From Paracoccaceae bacterium (lineage in GTDB: Bacteria > Pseudomonadota > Alphaproteobacteria > Rhodobacterales > Rhodobacteraceae): a DNA stretch of 64,000 nucleotides. The stretch lies in contig JANSYP010000008.1 of assembly GCA_024742405.1 (NCBI GenBank), positions 39,106 through 103,105 on the forward strand. Direction: 5' to 3'. Numbering within the stretch: position 1 is the first letter of the stretch; each line of letters starts with the position of its first letter. Made by a program: the position numbers and the translations under genes. Positions 1 through 9,023 of the stretch are shown one piece after another. A model generated the notes under the pieces. The model did no database searches. It had not been told where the DNA came from and saw nothing but the letters and a program-made list of their open reading frames with translations.

Positions 1-249
1 GGCCTCGATAGCGCCCGAGCCAACGGCGGCAGGCACCTCCTTGTCCTTGTAGAGCGTCGCGCTGTCGTAAATCTCGACATCGATTGCGCCGCCCGTCCGC
101 TCTTCGACTTCCTTCTCGAACAGCAGGAGGTTCTCACCAAGATGGCTTGTCAGTGGCAACTGAAGTGAGATCCGCATTTTTTCTTCCGCGGCCGCAGCGG
201 TCCCCAAGACGGACACGCAGACGACGGCAACCAAGCTCTCCCTAAGCAT
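1..249 (-). CDS. TRAP transporter substrate-binding protein (DctP family), N-terminal 83 codons; gene continues beyond window edge
   Basis: Not in ORF track. Reverse translation from ATG (complement of 247-249) gives MLRESLVAVVCVSVLGTAAAAEEKMRISLQLPLTSHLGENLLLFEKEVEERTGGAIDVEIYDSATLYKDKEVPAAVGSGAIEA: a signal peptide plus a DctP-like N-terminus. A GGAGG RBS lies just upstream (complement of 253-258). Confidence 0.6.
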   Translation of the reverse strand, partial: MLRESLVAVVCVSVLGTAAAAEEKMRISLQLPLTSHLGENLLLFEKEVEERTGGAIDVEIYDSATLYKDKEVPAAVGSGAIEA

Positions 250-724
250 TCATTCCTCCCGTTTCTTAGCTGAATTGACGCAACCTACAGAGCGACGTCG
301 ATTTGGCAACTGCTTCCGGGTCTTACAGATCTGCGGCGCCGGCGCCCGCTGCCGATTGCAGTAGGTTCGTGCTCAGTGGCGCGGTTGCGCAGGGTCCCGG
401 TTTTTTACCAACACGACCCCTCGCTGACGCTGGGCACAGCGAGTCCATAGCCGTCGGCTCTGCGACCAAGAGACCAGAGCGACGCGGTCGCATCCGCGAG
501 AGCTGCGGTCGATGGCAAAGGTGGCGACTGCAGGATCATGACGTGTCACAGCGATTTCGAGGCGCGCGCGGATCCACCGAACAGAGTTGGCCAACAGTCC
601 GGCATGGTGGCCGGTTTCGACATTCTACCAGATAGGCTCGGGGACGCATCTTGGATTGCCGCACTGCACGAACGGCATTAGGTGCCGGCGTTTCGCCGGG
701 GTCCTTTTGAGACCGTTTTCTTGT

Positions 725-755
725 GAGAGGCGCGGCTCGGAATGCCGCGCGTCTC
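725..755 (-). terminator. Candidate hairpin downstream of the giant gene stop
   Basis: GAGAGGCGCGGC-tcggaat-GCCGCGCGTCTC: 12-bp GC-rich stem with one mismatch and a 7-nt loop, about 55 nt past the stop at 810. There is no clear U-tract on the minus strand, so the call is weak. Confidence 0.3.
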
Positions 756-809
756 GTCTTTGCTAATTCGCGAAGCGGCGCCGCCGGACGGCAGAGCCGG
801 TGGGACATC

Positions 810-3800
810 TCAAGCGAAGAGAAAGTCGTCTACTGGTACATAATCGGCGATGTCGAGAACGCCGTCGTAGCGCGCGGCCTCTGAGAGCGCGGCCCCGGTG
901 ACGAGATAGGCCTCGCCGGCATCGGATGCGCCGAGATCGCCCCGCCACGCACCGATCAGGACATCAGCCAAGCCATCACCATCGACATCTCCAGCATCCG
1001 CCACGCTCCAGCCGACGGTGCTTTCTTCGCCGAGACCAAGGATCGAGATCCCCTGGTCAGGCGTCATGTCAGCCAGGCGAAAGACCCCGTCTCCAGCGGT
1101 GGTGAAGTCGTCCGCCAGAGCCTCGCCGAAGACAAGGTAAGCGCCGCCACTCTCGCCGAGACCGTAGGTGCCTATGAGAATGTCAGGCGCACCTTCGCCG
1201 TCGACATCACCCGCTGTCGACACCGAGAAGCCGGTAAGGTCGCGCTCGTCCGCGCCGACAAAGCGCAGGCCACGACCGCCCGACAGGTCGGAGAGATCGA
1301 CCGTGACATCAAGACCTGGCAGCGTCTCCAGGGTGAGGCCGGCGCCCGACAACAGAAACACTTCGCCGCCGAAGAACGCACCGTCGGCATCGGAGAGATA
1401 GGCACCGAACAGAACATCGCCGAAGCCGTCTCCATCGATGTCTCCCGCGTCGGAGAGGCCACGGCCGAGCGCATCGCCAGCATCCGGGCCGTAAACCACG
1501 AGACCTTCCCTGTTGGTCATCGTGCCTATGTCGATCTCGCCACCGGTACCGCGGGCGGCGAGGATGGCCGAGCCGAAGATCACCGCCCCGACACCATTCT
1601 GCGCACCGGAGCCGTCCGGCGAACCGGTCCAGCCGCCTGCGATGACATCGAGCAGCCCGTCGCCGTCGACGTCGCCCGCGCCCGACACCTGGAAGCCCAG
1701 GAGGTCCTGCGCCTTCTCGCCGACGATGGTGACGCCGTCCGCGCCCGAGAGGTCGGCAAGCGCGATGGTTCCGTCGCCGTCGTCCCCGGTTTCGGCGAGG
1801 ATGGTCGCGCCAAAGACGACATGGGTCTCGCCTCTGCGTCCGTTGGCCTGGCCGGCGCCGATGACGATGTCGTCATGGCCGTCGCCGTCCAGATCGCCGA
1901 CAGAGGAGATCTGGTGTCCGGCATAATCAAGGATGGCCGAGCCAGTGAGCGTCACGCCTTGGTCCTTCGTCAGCGCGCCAAGGTCGATGGCGGTTTCGCC
2001 TGCCCGCGCGGCCTCGATCGCTGAGCCGAACAGGACGAAAGCGCGGCCAGCGAAGATGTCGGCACCGAACGCACCGACGAGGACGTCGCCCAGCCCGTCC
2101 CCATCAACGTCGCCGGCGTCTGCCACACTCCAACCCGCGAACTCGGCATTGAGAGCGCCCTGCAGGAGCGTCCCTGCGCCACCTGAGAGGTCGCCAAGAT
2201 CCAGTGTGGCAAAACCGTTTGTCGGCCGGAGTGCGCCGAGGGTTGCACCATCGACGACATAGGCCTCGCCGGTCGACAGCAGCGCGCCGCGGTCTGCGCT
2301 GAACGCGCCGACGACAATTTCGGGCGTACCGTCGCCGTCCACATCGCCGGCGGTGGAGACCGAGATGCCGGCGTTGTCGTCCGCATCGACACCCGTCAGC
2401 GCGACGATGGACAGCGGCTGGACGGTAATGTCAGCGTCGGTAAGCTCGGTATTGCGGACTAGGACGCTGGTTTCGCCATAATCCAGAACCGTATGGCCCG
2501 ATCTCGCATTGAAGGTGAGCGTGTAGTCCGAGTTGTCCGCAAGGCGGATGACGTCGATACCAACCTCGAAATCGGAGATGACATCCTGTCCGTCGGCGGT
2601 CCCGAAGTGGAAAATGTCGGCGCCGTCTCCGCCAACGACGCGGTCGTCATCGGCGCCGCCGGTGATCAAGTCGTCACCGTCGCCGCCGAAGATGTAATCG
2701 CGGCCGGCGTCTCCGCTCAGCCTGTCGTTATCGGCGCCGCCGAGAACGCTGTCGTCGCCCGCGCCGCCTTCGATGTCGTCGCGCCCGTCATTGCCGCGGA
2801 GCCGGTCGTTGCCGTCTCCGCCGAAGATGTCATCGCCGCCTTCGCCGCCATTCAGATTGTCGTTGCCGTCTCCGCCGATCACCGTGTCGTTGCCACGGCC
2901 ACCGATGATGCGGTCGTTGCCTGCGCCCCCGTCGAGAGTGTCGTCGCCGTTGCCGCCGTTCACGGTGTCTTCGCCGTCTTCACCGAAAATCGTATCGTCG
3001 CCGTTCCCGCCGGAGGCGCGGTCGTCGCCTGACCCGGACGAAATGAAGTCCTCGCCGTCCTGACCTGCCAGCCTGTCGTTGCCCTCGCCGCCGGCCAAGC
3101 CGTCGTCGCCTGAGCCGCCGCGGAGATTGTCGTCGCCCTGTCCGCCAGACATGCGGTCGTCACCATCTCCACCGAACAGTTCATCGTCTCCGCCGTTGCC
3201 GGCAAGGAAGTCGTCGCCACCCTGGCCGCGAATGATGTCGTTGCCGTCGGCGCCGCGCAGAAGCTCCCCATCCGCGGTGCCGCGAAGTGTGAGGTCCCCC
3301 GGCAGCGGGGTATCCGCCGTGCCGAAGTTGAAGGTCCGGGTATCGCCAGGCTCAATGGCCGCGAGCGGTTGGCCGGCGGAATCCTCAAACACGCCTTCCT
3401 CGAACTCCACGGCGTAGCGTGCGTCGGGACGAAAGAAGTCGGACGGCGTGACGATCGCTGTGTCGCCGTCGATCTGAACGAACAGCGGATCGCGCACATC
3501 GACAACGAGGATGTCGGACGGGTCGTCGCGGTTGACGAAGCGGATCTCGCCCTCGCCGCGCACGACCGCCTCGGTAAAGGTGAGGACGACGGATGTGCCG
3601 GGGTCGACATCGCGGCCATTGTCCGCCGGTTCGGACGCGAGGAGAAACGGGCGCGCATCGGCGCCGAAATCGATCGCGACCGGGGTCGTCGTGATCCCGT
3701 CGGCCTCGTAGCCGAGGCGGCCGTCCGAGTTCGAGCCCCAGGAGTAGGTGGTCCCATCGGCCGCAACGGCGATGATGTGGTTCGGTCCGGTCGCGATCTC

Positions 3801-5918
3801 GACGATCTCGACGTCGTCGAGTTCGGCGATCTTGGTGGGATAGAACGAGCCATCGGTTTCGACCGCCTGGTCGCCATCGAGCGCGCCGGTCGGACCCTCA
3901 TCGTTCGGACCCCAGGCATAGACGTCGCCATCGGCGGTCAATGCGACGGCCCAGCGGGCGCCGCCCTTGACGTCGATGACCGCGCCCGGAATGTCGATCT
4001 CGACCGGGACCAGCACCTTGTCGTCGGTCGGCCCGAATGTGCCATCGCCATTGTCTGTGCCGACGAGAAGCTGCCCGAACGAATTCTCGCCCCAGCCGTA
4101 GAGCCGACCGGATGCGGAGACGGCATAGGACGTCTGCGTAGCGGCCGCGACGGCGACGATATCGGCGGGCAGTCCCTCGATGAGAACCGGCGACAGGACC
4201 TCCCGTACCGGATCGCCGTCGTCCTCGAGTTGGGCGGAGCCGGCGGCCTGTCCGTCGATGTTGGAGCCAAAGCCGTAGACTGATCCGTCGTCGGTGAGTG
4301 CAACCGTGTGGGACGTTCCGGCGGCAACGGCGAGCACGCGACCCGGCAGATCGACCTCGGTCGGGACGAGGCGTTCGTCCTCGTCGCCCTGACCGAGCTG
4401 ACCGGAGGTGTTCTGTCCCCAGGCGTAGAGCGTGCCGTCGCTGGTGATCGCGTAGGACGCGCCGTTGCCCATCTCGATGACGGCCACGGGTTTCTCGTCA
4501 AGCGAGCCGGAAATCCTTTCGGGGACAAGTCGTTGTTCCTCGTCGCCGAGGCCGAGGCGGCCGGAGTTGCCGAAGCCCCAGATGTAGATGTCGCCGTCCG
4601 AGGTCAGGAACGCGGCGTGGATGAGGCCTGCGGAGACAGAGACGATATCACCGTCGAAGCCGCTCGGCAGCTCGACCGCGATCGGTGCCGCGATGTCGTA
4701 ACCCACAACACCCTGGCCGAGCTGCCCGAGGATGTTCTCTCCAGCTGCCGTAAGCGCACCGCTGTCGGGGTCCAGAAAGACGGAGAAATGATTGCCGGCG
4801 CCGACGGTCGTGTTCGCCGGGGCGACGGTGCCTTCGTAGAAGGCCAGCGACCGCGGCCGCTCCAGCGTTTCTTCGTCAAACGCGCGGGACGCGAGGATGT
4901 TCGTCTCGCCGATATCGAAATAGTCGCCATCGCCGTTCACGTCGGTAAGAATGTAGACATTGTCGCCGAAAGCGTCGGAGTCATTGGATGTGAGGACGAT
5001 GCGGCCCTCGCCGTCGGCTGCGACCGAGAAGGCGGCGAACGTCTCGAACACGCCTGGCACAAGGCTGGAGTTCCAGATCTCGACGGTCTCGTCAGGCTGG
5101 TCGATGACGCCGGAGCCGTCGAGGTCGGTGAAACGCACCAAACTGTTGCCGTCATCGTCGCTGTCCAGCCATTCGAAGACGACGATGCTCTCGCCGTCGG
5201 CAGCGGCGGTGAAGTCGATGGGCGCGCCGGTCGATGTCTTGTCGGCGAAGGTCGAGAACTCGTCGGCCTCGATAGTGCCAGAGCCGTCGGTGTCCTCGAA
5301 CGTGTAGATGGAGTCCTCGGCGGCCCCCGACGGGTCGATGAGGTATCCGCGAGTGCCGATGAACGTCAGATCAAACGGCGACGAGGTCGGAACGATGGCC
5401 GTGAGGTCGAGCCAGAGCGTTGCTTCGCCAGCGTCCTCAGCGTCGCCGTCACCGTTGAGATCCTCGGTGCGGTAGATGCCGTCCTGCGGGCGGGAAGAGA
5501 CGCCCGCGTTCACGACGTAGATCGCGCCGTCCGGACCCTCGGCGATGCCGTTGGGCGTCGGCAGCGTGAAGGAGGCGTCGTTGCCGGCCTCCGAGAACCA
5601 GACAGAGGCCTCGCCCGCGTCGTTGGCATCGCCATCGCCGTTCAGATCGAACAGGCGATAGACAGTGTCGGTGTCGCCGTCACCGATGTAGACTGCCCCG
5701 TCTGACGCTTGGGTCAGGTTCAGGATGTTCCCGGTCGGGTTGACGAGGCCACTTGCGTTGTCGCCATCGAAGAACACGATCCGTTCGCCGGCATCGGCCG
5801 CGTCGCCATCCCCGTTCGTGTCCGCGAGCAGATAGACCTTGTCGCTACCCACCACCGAACGCGACCCCTGGTCGCCAAGCAAAACGCCATCGACTGGCGC
5901 GTTGAAAACACGCGTCAT
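810..5918 (-). CDS. Giant multi-propeller calcium-binding protein (RCC1 + RTX + FG-GAP), probable secreted or surface adhesin-like protein
   Basis: ORF track, 1702 aa. My counts from the translation: six DxNGDGDxxDxGE-type loops at the N-terminus; seven RCC1-like repeats (GQLGQG, GRLGLGDEE, SGQLGQGDEDERLVP); an Ig-like segment; 24 consecutive GGxGxDxxx nonapeptides; seven FG-GAP repeats (AGDVDGDGxxDxxxGA). No N-terminal signal peptide. Confidence 0.93.
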   Translation of the reverse strand: MTRVFNAPVDGVLLGDQGSRSVVGSDKVYLLADTNGDGDAADAGERIVFFDGDNASGLVNPTGNILNLTQASDGAVYIGDGDTDTVYRLFDLNGDGDANDAGEASVWFSEAGNDASFTLPTPNGIAEGPDGAIYVVNAGVSSRPQDGIYRTEDLNGDGDAEDAGEATLWLDLTAIVPTSSPFDLTFIGTRGYLIDPSGAAEDSIYTFEDTDGSGTIEADEFSTFADKTSTGAPIDFTAAADGESIVVFEWLDSDDDGNSLVRFTDLDGSGVIDQPDETVEIWNSSLVPGVFETFAAFSVAADGEGRIVLTSNDSDAFGDNVYILTDVNGDGDYFDIGETNILASRAFDEETLERPRSLAFYEGTVAPANTTVGAGNHFSVFLDPDSGALTAAGENILGQLGQGVVGYDIAAPIAVELPSGFDGDIVSVSAGLIHAAFLTSDGDIYIWGFGNSGRLGLGDEEQRLVPERISGSLDEKPVAVIEMGNGASYAITSDGTLYAWGQNTSGQLGQGDEDERLVPTEVDLPGRVLAVAAGTSHTVALTDDGSVYGFGSNIDGQAAGSAQLEDDGDPVREVLSPVLIEGLPADIVAVAAATQTSYAVSASGRLYGWGENSFGQLLVGTDNGDGTFGPTDDKVLVPVEIDIPGAVIDVKGGARWAVALTADGDVYAWGPNDEGPTGALDGDQAVETDGSFYPTKIAELDDVEIVEIATGPNHIIAVAADGTTYSWGSNSDGRLGYEADGITTTPVAIDFGADARPFLLASEPADNGRDVDPGTSVVLTFTEAVVRGEGEIRFVNRDDPSDILVVDVRDPLFVQIDGDTAIVTPSDFFRPDARYAVEFEEGVFEDSAGQPLAAIEPGDTRTFNFGTADTPLPGDLTLRGTADGELLRGADGNDIIRGQGGDDFLAGNGGDDELFGGDGDDRMSGGQGDDNLRGGSGDDGLAGGEGNDRLAGQDGEDFISSGSGDDRASGGNGDDTIFGEDGEDTVNGGNGDDTLDGGAGNDRIIGGRGNDTVIGGDGNDNLNGGEGGDDIFGGDGNDRLRGNDGRDDIEGGAGDDSVLGGADNDRLSGDAGRDYIFGGDGDDLITGGADDDRVVGGDGADIFHFGTADGQDVISDFEVGIDVIRLADNSDYTLTFNARSGHTVLDYGETSVLVRNTELTDADITVQPLSIVALTGVDADDNAGISVSTAGDVDGDGTPEIVVGAFSADRGALLSTGEAYVVDGATLGALRPTNGFATLDLGDLSGGAGTLLQGALNAEFAGWSVADAGDVDGDGLGDVLVGAFGADIFAGRAFVLFGSAIEAARAGETAIDLGALTKDQGVTLTGSAILDYAGHQISSVGDLDGDGHDDIVIGAGQANGRRGETHVVFGATILAETGDDGDGTIALADLSGADGVTIVGEKAQDLLGFQVSGAGDVDGDGLLDVIAGGWTGSPDGSGAQNGVGAVIFGSAILAARGTGGEIDIGTMTNREGLVVYGPDAGDALGRGLSDAGDIDGDGFGDVLFGAYLSDADGAFFGGEVFLLSGAGLTLETLPGLDVTVDLSDLSGGRGLRFVGADERDLTGFSVSTAGDVDGEGAPDILIGTYGLGESGGAYLVFGEALADDFTTAGDGVFRLADMTPDQGISILGLGEESTVGWSVADAGDVDGDGLADVLIGAWRGDLGASDAGEAYLVTGAALSEAARYDGVLDIADYVPVDDFLFA
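2610..3270 (-). repeat. RTX nonapeptide repeat block (24 units) inside the giant gene
   Basis: Translation GADGNDIIR GQGGDDFLA GNGGDDELF ... GGDGADIF. The 27-nt periodicity is also visible as repetitive antisense ORFs in the track (2493..3032, 2773..3063). Confidence 0.9.
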
Positions 5919-6660
5919 TCAGATTTCCCCCAGTTTTTCTGCTTGATCGACAAGCAGACCCACGATCGGTCCACGGCACCGACCAAATGCATGTCGGCTG
6001 GCCGCGGAGTCGCTGGGCTGGCTGTTCGCGAGGTTAGCTGGGAGATATCTTGGCGGATGTCAATCTGACAAAAACAATCAGAAATCGCGCCGTCTGCTGT
6101 CGAGAGAGCGAAAACGCGTTTTGGTCCAGTTACTTATATGTGCGTCTGACATGAATGTCGCACGTCCCGCGTCGCGCTGATTGAGCCCGGCTGCAGAGAA
6201 TTGAGGGTTTGCAGCTTCACCGTACCGTCTTAACGGACGGGCCAGTCTGGGGGGCTCCGCATCGCTGAGAACTCGTTTCTGCAGGCGCGAACACCAGCTT
6301 GATCCCTTTACGTCAGTAGCGACCGCATGTGCGTCTGTTTGTTTTGTCCTGCAGTGCGTGAGCGCTGCGACGACGCAGCGAATGTCAGCCGGTCGCAATC
6401 CGACGCTTCGCGCCGCTGCCGGTTCATGCCCCGGGTGCACACAAACCACCGGACTCTGCCACTGTTCCAGAGCGGTGAATAAACGGTACCAAGCCCGCAT
6501 TTTGAAGGCGTCTCGATGAACCTCGTCATCGATAGGTTCGAAGGTGTTTGACGTGGGAACAGGAGGCAAACCTGCAACTCCTGTGCATATCTCGACCAGA
6601 CCACGTCGCGTCAGGAGGCGCATTTACGTGCGCCCGAGGTGCATTGGGAGTGTCGACACA

Positions 6661-6681
6661 GATTTGGTGACCGAGTCACCG
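6661..6681. promoter_or_regulatory. Palindromic operator-like site, copy 1 (GATTTGGTGACCGAGTCACCG)
   Basis: Inverted repeat GGTGAC-N3-GTCACC. Its flanks are almost identical to copy 2 (GATTTGGTGA...AGTCACCG). It lies 54 nt upstream of the ATG at 6735 that heads the cydD remnant. Confidence 0.55.
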
Positions 6682-6734
6682 TCTCTTCCCGCGCATGTGT
6701 GGAAAAAGATCTGCGGTACTTTCGGGGAATCGCC

Positions 6735-7865
6735 ATGCTCGCTCAAGTAGATCGCACAGCCGAAAGCTGGTTGCGGCTGCGCTGTCTCGCCTCTGCGGGC
6801 GCAGGTGGACCAACCGTCGCCCTTTATCCGTCTCTGATGATTTGGATGCCTGAGCCGGCACCGTCCGGAACTCCACGTAACCTTCGGCATCACCCGCGCA
6901 GAGACCCTTCGCACGCGCACCATGGCCGTCCTGCGCATCGCCTTTCTGTCCTCGACGGTGCTGGAGCTTTTTTTCAGCCCTGGGCGTTGCGCTCGTCGCC
7001 GTTTTCGTCGGGTTCACCCTGCTCGGAGAAATCGGTTTCGGATCCTGGGGAACGCCGCTGACGCTCGGCCAGGCCCTGTTTCTGCTCCTGATCGCCCCCG
7101 AGTTATTCCAGCCGCTCCGCGACCTGGCACGACCGTGCCGCTGGCCATGTCGTCACCGCTGTACTGCATGCGCTGGATGCGGCGGACCGCGCGACTTGCC
7201 TCGGCCTTGGCCAGCCGTCCAGACCGCTGCCCGGACCGATTGCGTTGTCGCTCCGCGGCGTGCGCGTGGATATGCGTGGCCAGCTGGTACGCCTGCCCGA
7301 CGTTGCACTGCGCGGAGGCGATGCGCTCGCCCTGACCGGGCCGAGTGGCGCGGGCAAGAGCACCGCGCTCGCTGCCATTGCGGGACTGACCCCGATCGCG
7401 TCAGGCCGGATTGATGTGTGTGGCCTGGCGCTTAGTGCCGAAACCGCCGATGCATGGCGCGCCCGGATCGCCATGGTGCCGCAAGGCCCCCATTTCCCGG
7501 ATGTGCCGCTCGGGGACTGGCTCGATATCGCGAAGTCCGGCCGCGATCCGTGGCCCGCGCTCCGGAAGGCCGGGGCCGACGGCATCGTCACGCGCCTTCC
7601 CGAGGGTCTCGAAACCCGCCTGGGCGAGACCGGGGGCGGGGTGTCCGGCGGAGAGGCGCGCAGGCTGCTGCTGGCGCGCGCCATTCTCACGGGCAGTGAT
7701 CTCATCCTCGCCGACGAGCCGACCGCCGATCTCGACCGGGAGACGGCGGAGCGGATCATTGAAGCGCTCTGCGATCGCAACGTCGAAGGGTGCACGGTGA
7801 TCGTTGCGACCCATGACCCTGACCTCGCCGTCGCGATGGGCCGGCAGGTGGCGCTCACGGCATGA
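6735..7865 (+). pseudogene. cydD: cydD remnant (thiol-exporting ABC transporter CydD): large internal deletion plus at least two frameshifts
   Basis: The frame of ORF 6922 gives TMAVLRIAFLSSTVLELFFS. After the T7 run at 6968-6974 the CydD-like sequence continues one frame over (ALGVALVAVFVGFTLLGEIGFGSWGTPLTLGQALFLLLIAPELFQPLRDLA). It shifts again near 7120-7125 into ORF 7245..7865 (WHDRAAG..., Walker A GPSGAGKST, LSGGE, Walker B). Only about 1.1 kb remains where a CydD of about 570-590 aa needs about 1.75 kb. Confidence 0.8.
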
Positions 7866-8892
7866 GGGCGCTTCTGCAAATCGCCGGGCTGCTCTTGACC
7901 GCAGACCGGTGGGCCATGGCGCGGGGGGCTGCACTATCGGTCACCGTCCTGGCGATGGGGGCGGCACTTCTGGGACTCTCGGGCTGGTTCATCACCGCAA
8001 CCGGAATTGCGGGTCTTGCAGGGCTTGGGATCGCCTTCGATGTCTTCCGGCCATCGGCGGGCGTGCGCTTTCTGACGCTGGGGCGCACGGCTGCGCGCTA
8101 TGGCGAGCGACTGCTGACCCATGACGCGACGCTCCGCGCGCGGTCATCGGGGTTTTCGTGGCACTGGCGCTGGCCGAAACGCTGCTGCCCCTGCGGCGCG
8201 GCTTCTCCGATCTTGGTCGCATGGTGGGGGCCGCAAATCGCATCGCCCCGCGCGTGACACCGGCCCGTCCGGTCCAGGCCGGGTTGGAGCCGCTATCTGC
8301 TCCGTTGCTGGCCCTGGACTGCGCAGAGGGGATACTCACGCTTCAAGCCGGCGAGGCCGTCGTTGTCACTGGGCCCACCGGTGCCGGAAAATCCACCTTG
8401 CTGATGCAGATCGCGGGGCTCGGCGACGATGGCGGTATCTCGATCAAGGGCCATCGGCCAAACGACCGGCCCGAGAATGCGTTGCGCGCACTGGTCGCGG
8501 CGCTGCCGCAGAGAAGCGCGCTCATCGCCGGTACGGTGCGTGACAACCTGTCTCTCGCGGGCGACATGCGTGATCGGGACATGTGGGACGTTCTCGACGC
8601 GACGGCCCTGGCGCCCGACATCAGAGCCCGCGGAGGGCTCGACGGACGGCTGGGCGAAGGCGGTGCTGGTTTGTCGGGCGGGCAGGCGCCGCGCCTGACC
8701 CTGGCCCGTGTCCTGCTGAAGCACCCGCAGATCCTGCTTTTGGACGAGCCGACAGAGGGCCTCGACGCCGGCACCGCAGATGCGGTTCTGCGGAACGTAA
8801 GGGACTTCCTTCCGAACGCGCTGATCGTCGTGGCCATGCATCGGAGCGCGGATCGTCCGATTTTCGACAGGATCGTTCGGCTCTCGCCCTGA
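7862..8892 (+). pseudogene. cydC: cydC remnant: N-terminal ~90 aa joined out of frame to the last TM helix and the ATPase domain
   Basis: ORF 7862..8257 starts MRALLQIAGLL...LSGWFITATGIAGLAG...AGVRFLTLGRTAARYGERLLTHDATLRA (CydC N-terminus) and then becomes nonsense. ORF 8158..8892, in another frame, resumes with (AVIGVF)VALALAETLLPLRRGFSDLGRMVGAANRI followed by an ABC ATPase (GPTGAGKST, LSGGQ, LLLDEPTEGLD). About 600 bp of TMD-coding sequence is missing. The start overlaps the cydD stop (ATGA). Confidence 0.8.
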
Positions 8893-8910
8893 TTTGGTGA
8901 TGAAGTCACC
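8891..8910. promoter_or_regulatory. Palindromic operator-like site, copy 2 (GATTTGGTGATGAAGTCACC)
   Basis: Same motif as copies 1 and 3. It overlaps the cydC-remnant stop codon and lies 114 nt upstream of the cydA start. Confidence 0.55.
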
Positions 8911-9023
8911 GAGGCGTCCCGCCCGAACGATCTACACCACCCCTCGATGCGCAGCGGAGGCCGACTCGGGCTTGTCCGGGACCCGTTCGGTCCGCGCCGC
9001 GCAACGATCGAGGTGGAGCCAGA

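Noticed and set aside
303-808. Small ORFs 303..635, 373..594 and 536..808
   Set aside because: They lie in the intergenic region between the giant gene and the TRAP gene. They overlap each other and have junk-like translations.
3369-5705. Plus-strand ORFs 3369..4283 and 4308..5705 (304 and 465 aa), plus many smaller ones inside 810-5918
   Set aside because: All are antisense or alternative frames of the giant repeat protein. Their repetitiveness simply mirrors the RTX, RCC1 and FG-GAP repeats.
6078-6623. 181-aa minus-strand ORF between the giant gene and the cydD remnant
   Set aside because: It has no recognisable family, mixed codon bias and no obvious RBS. It may be a real orphan or a relic, but I cannot support a call. 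The region is better treated as scar DNA next to the cydD deletion.
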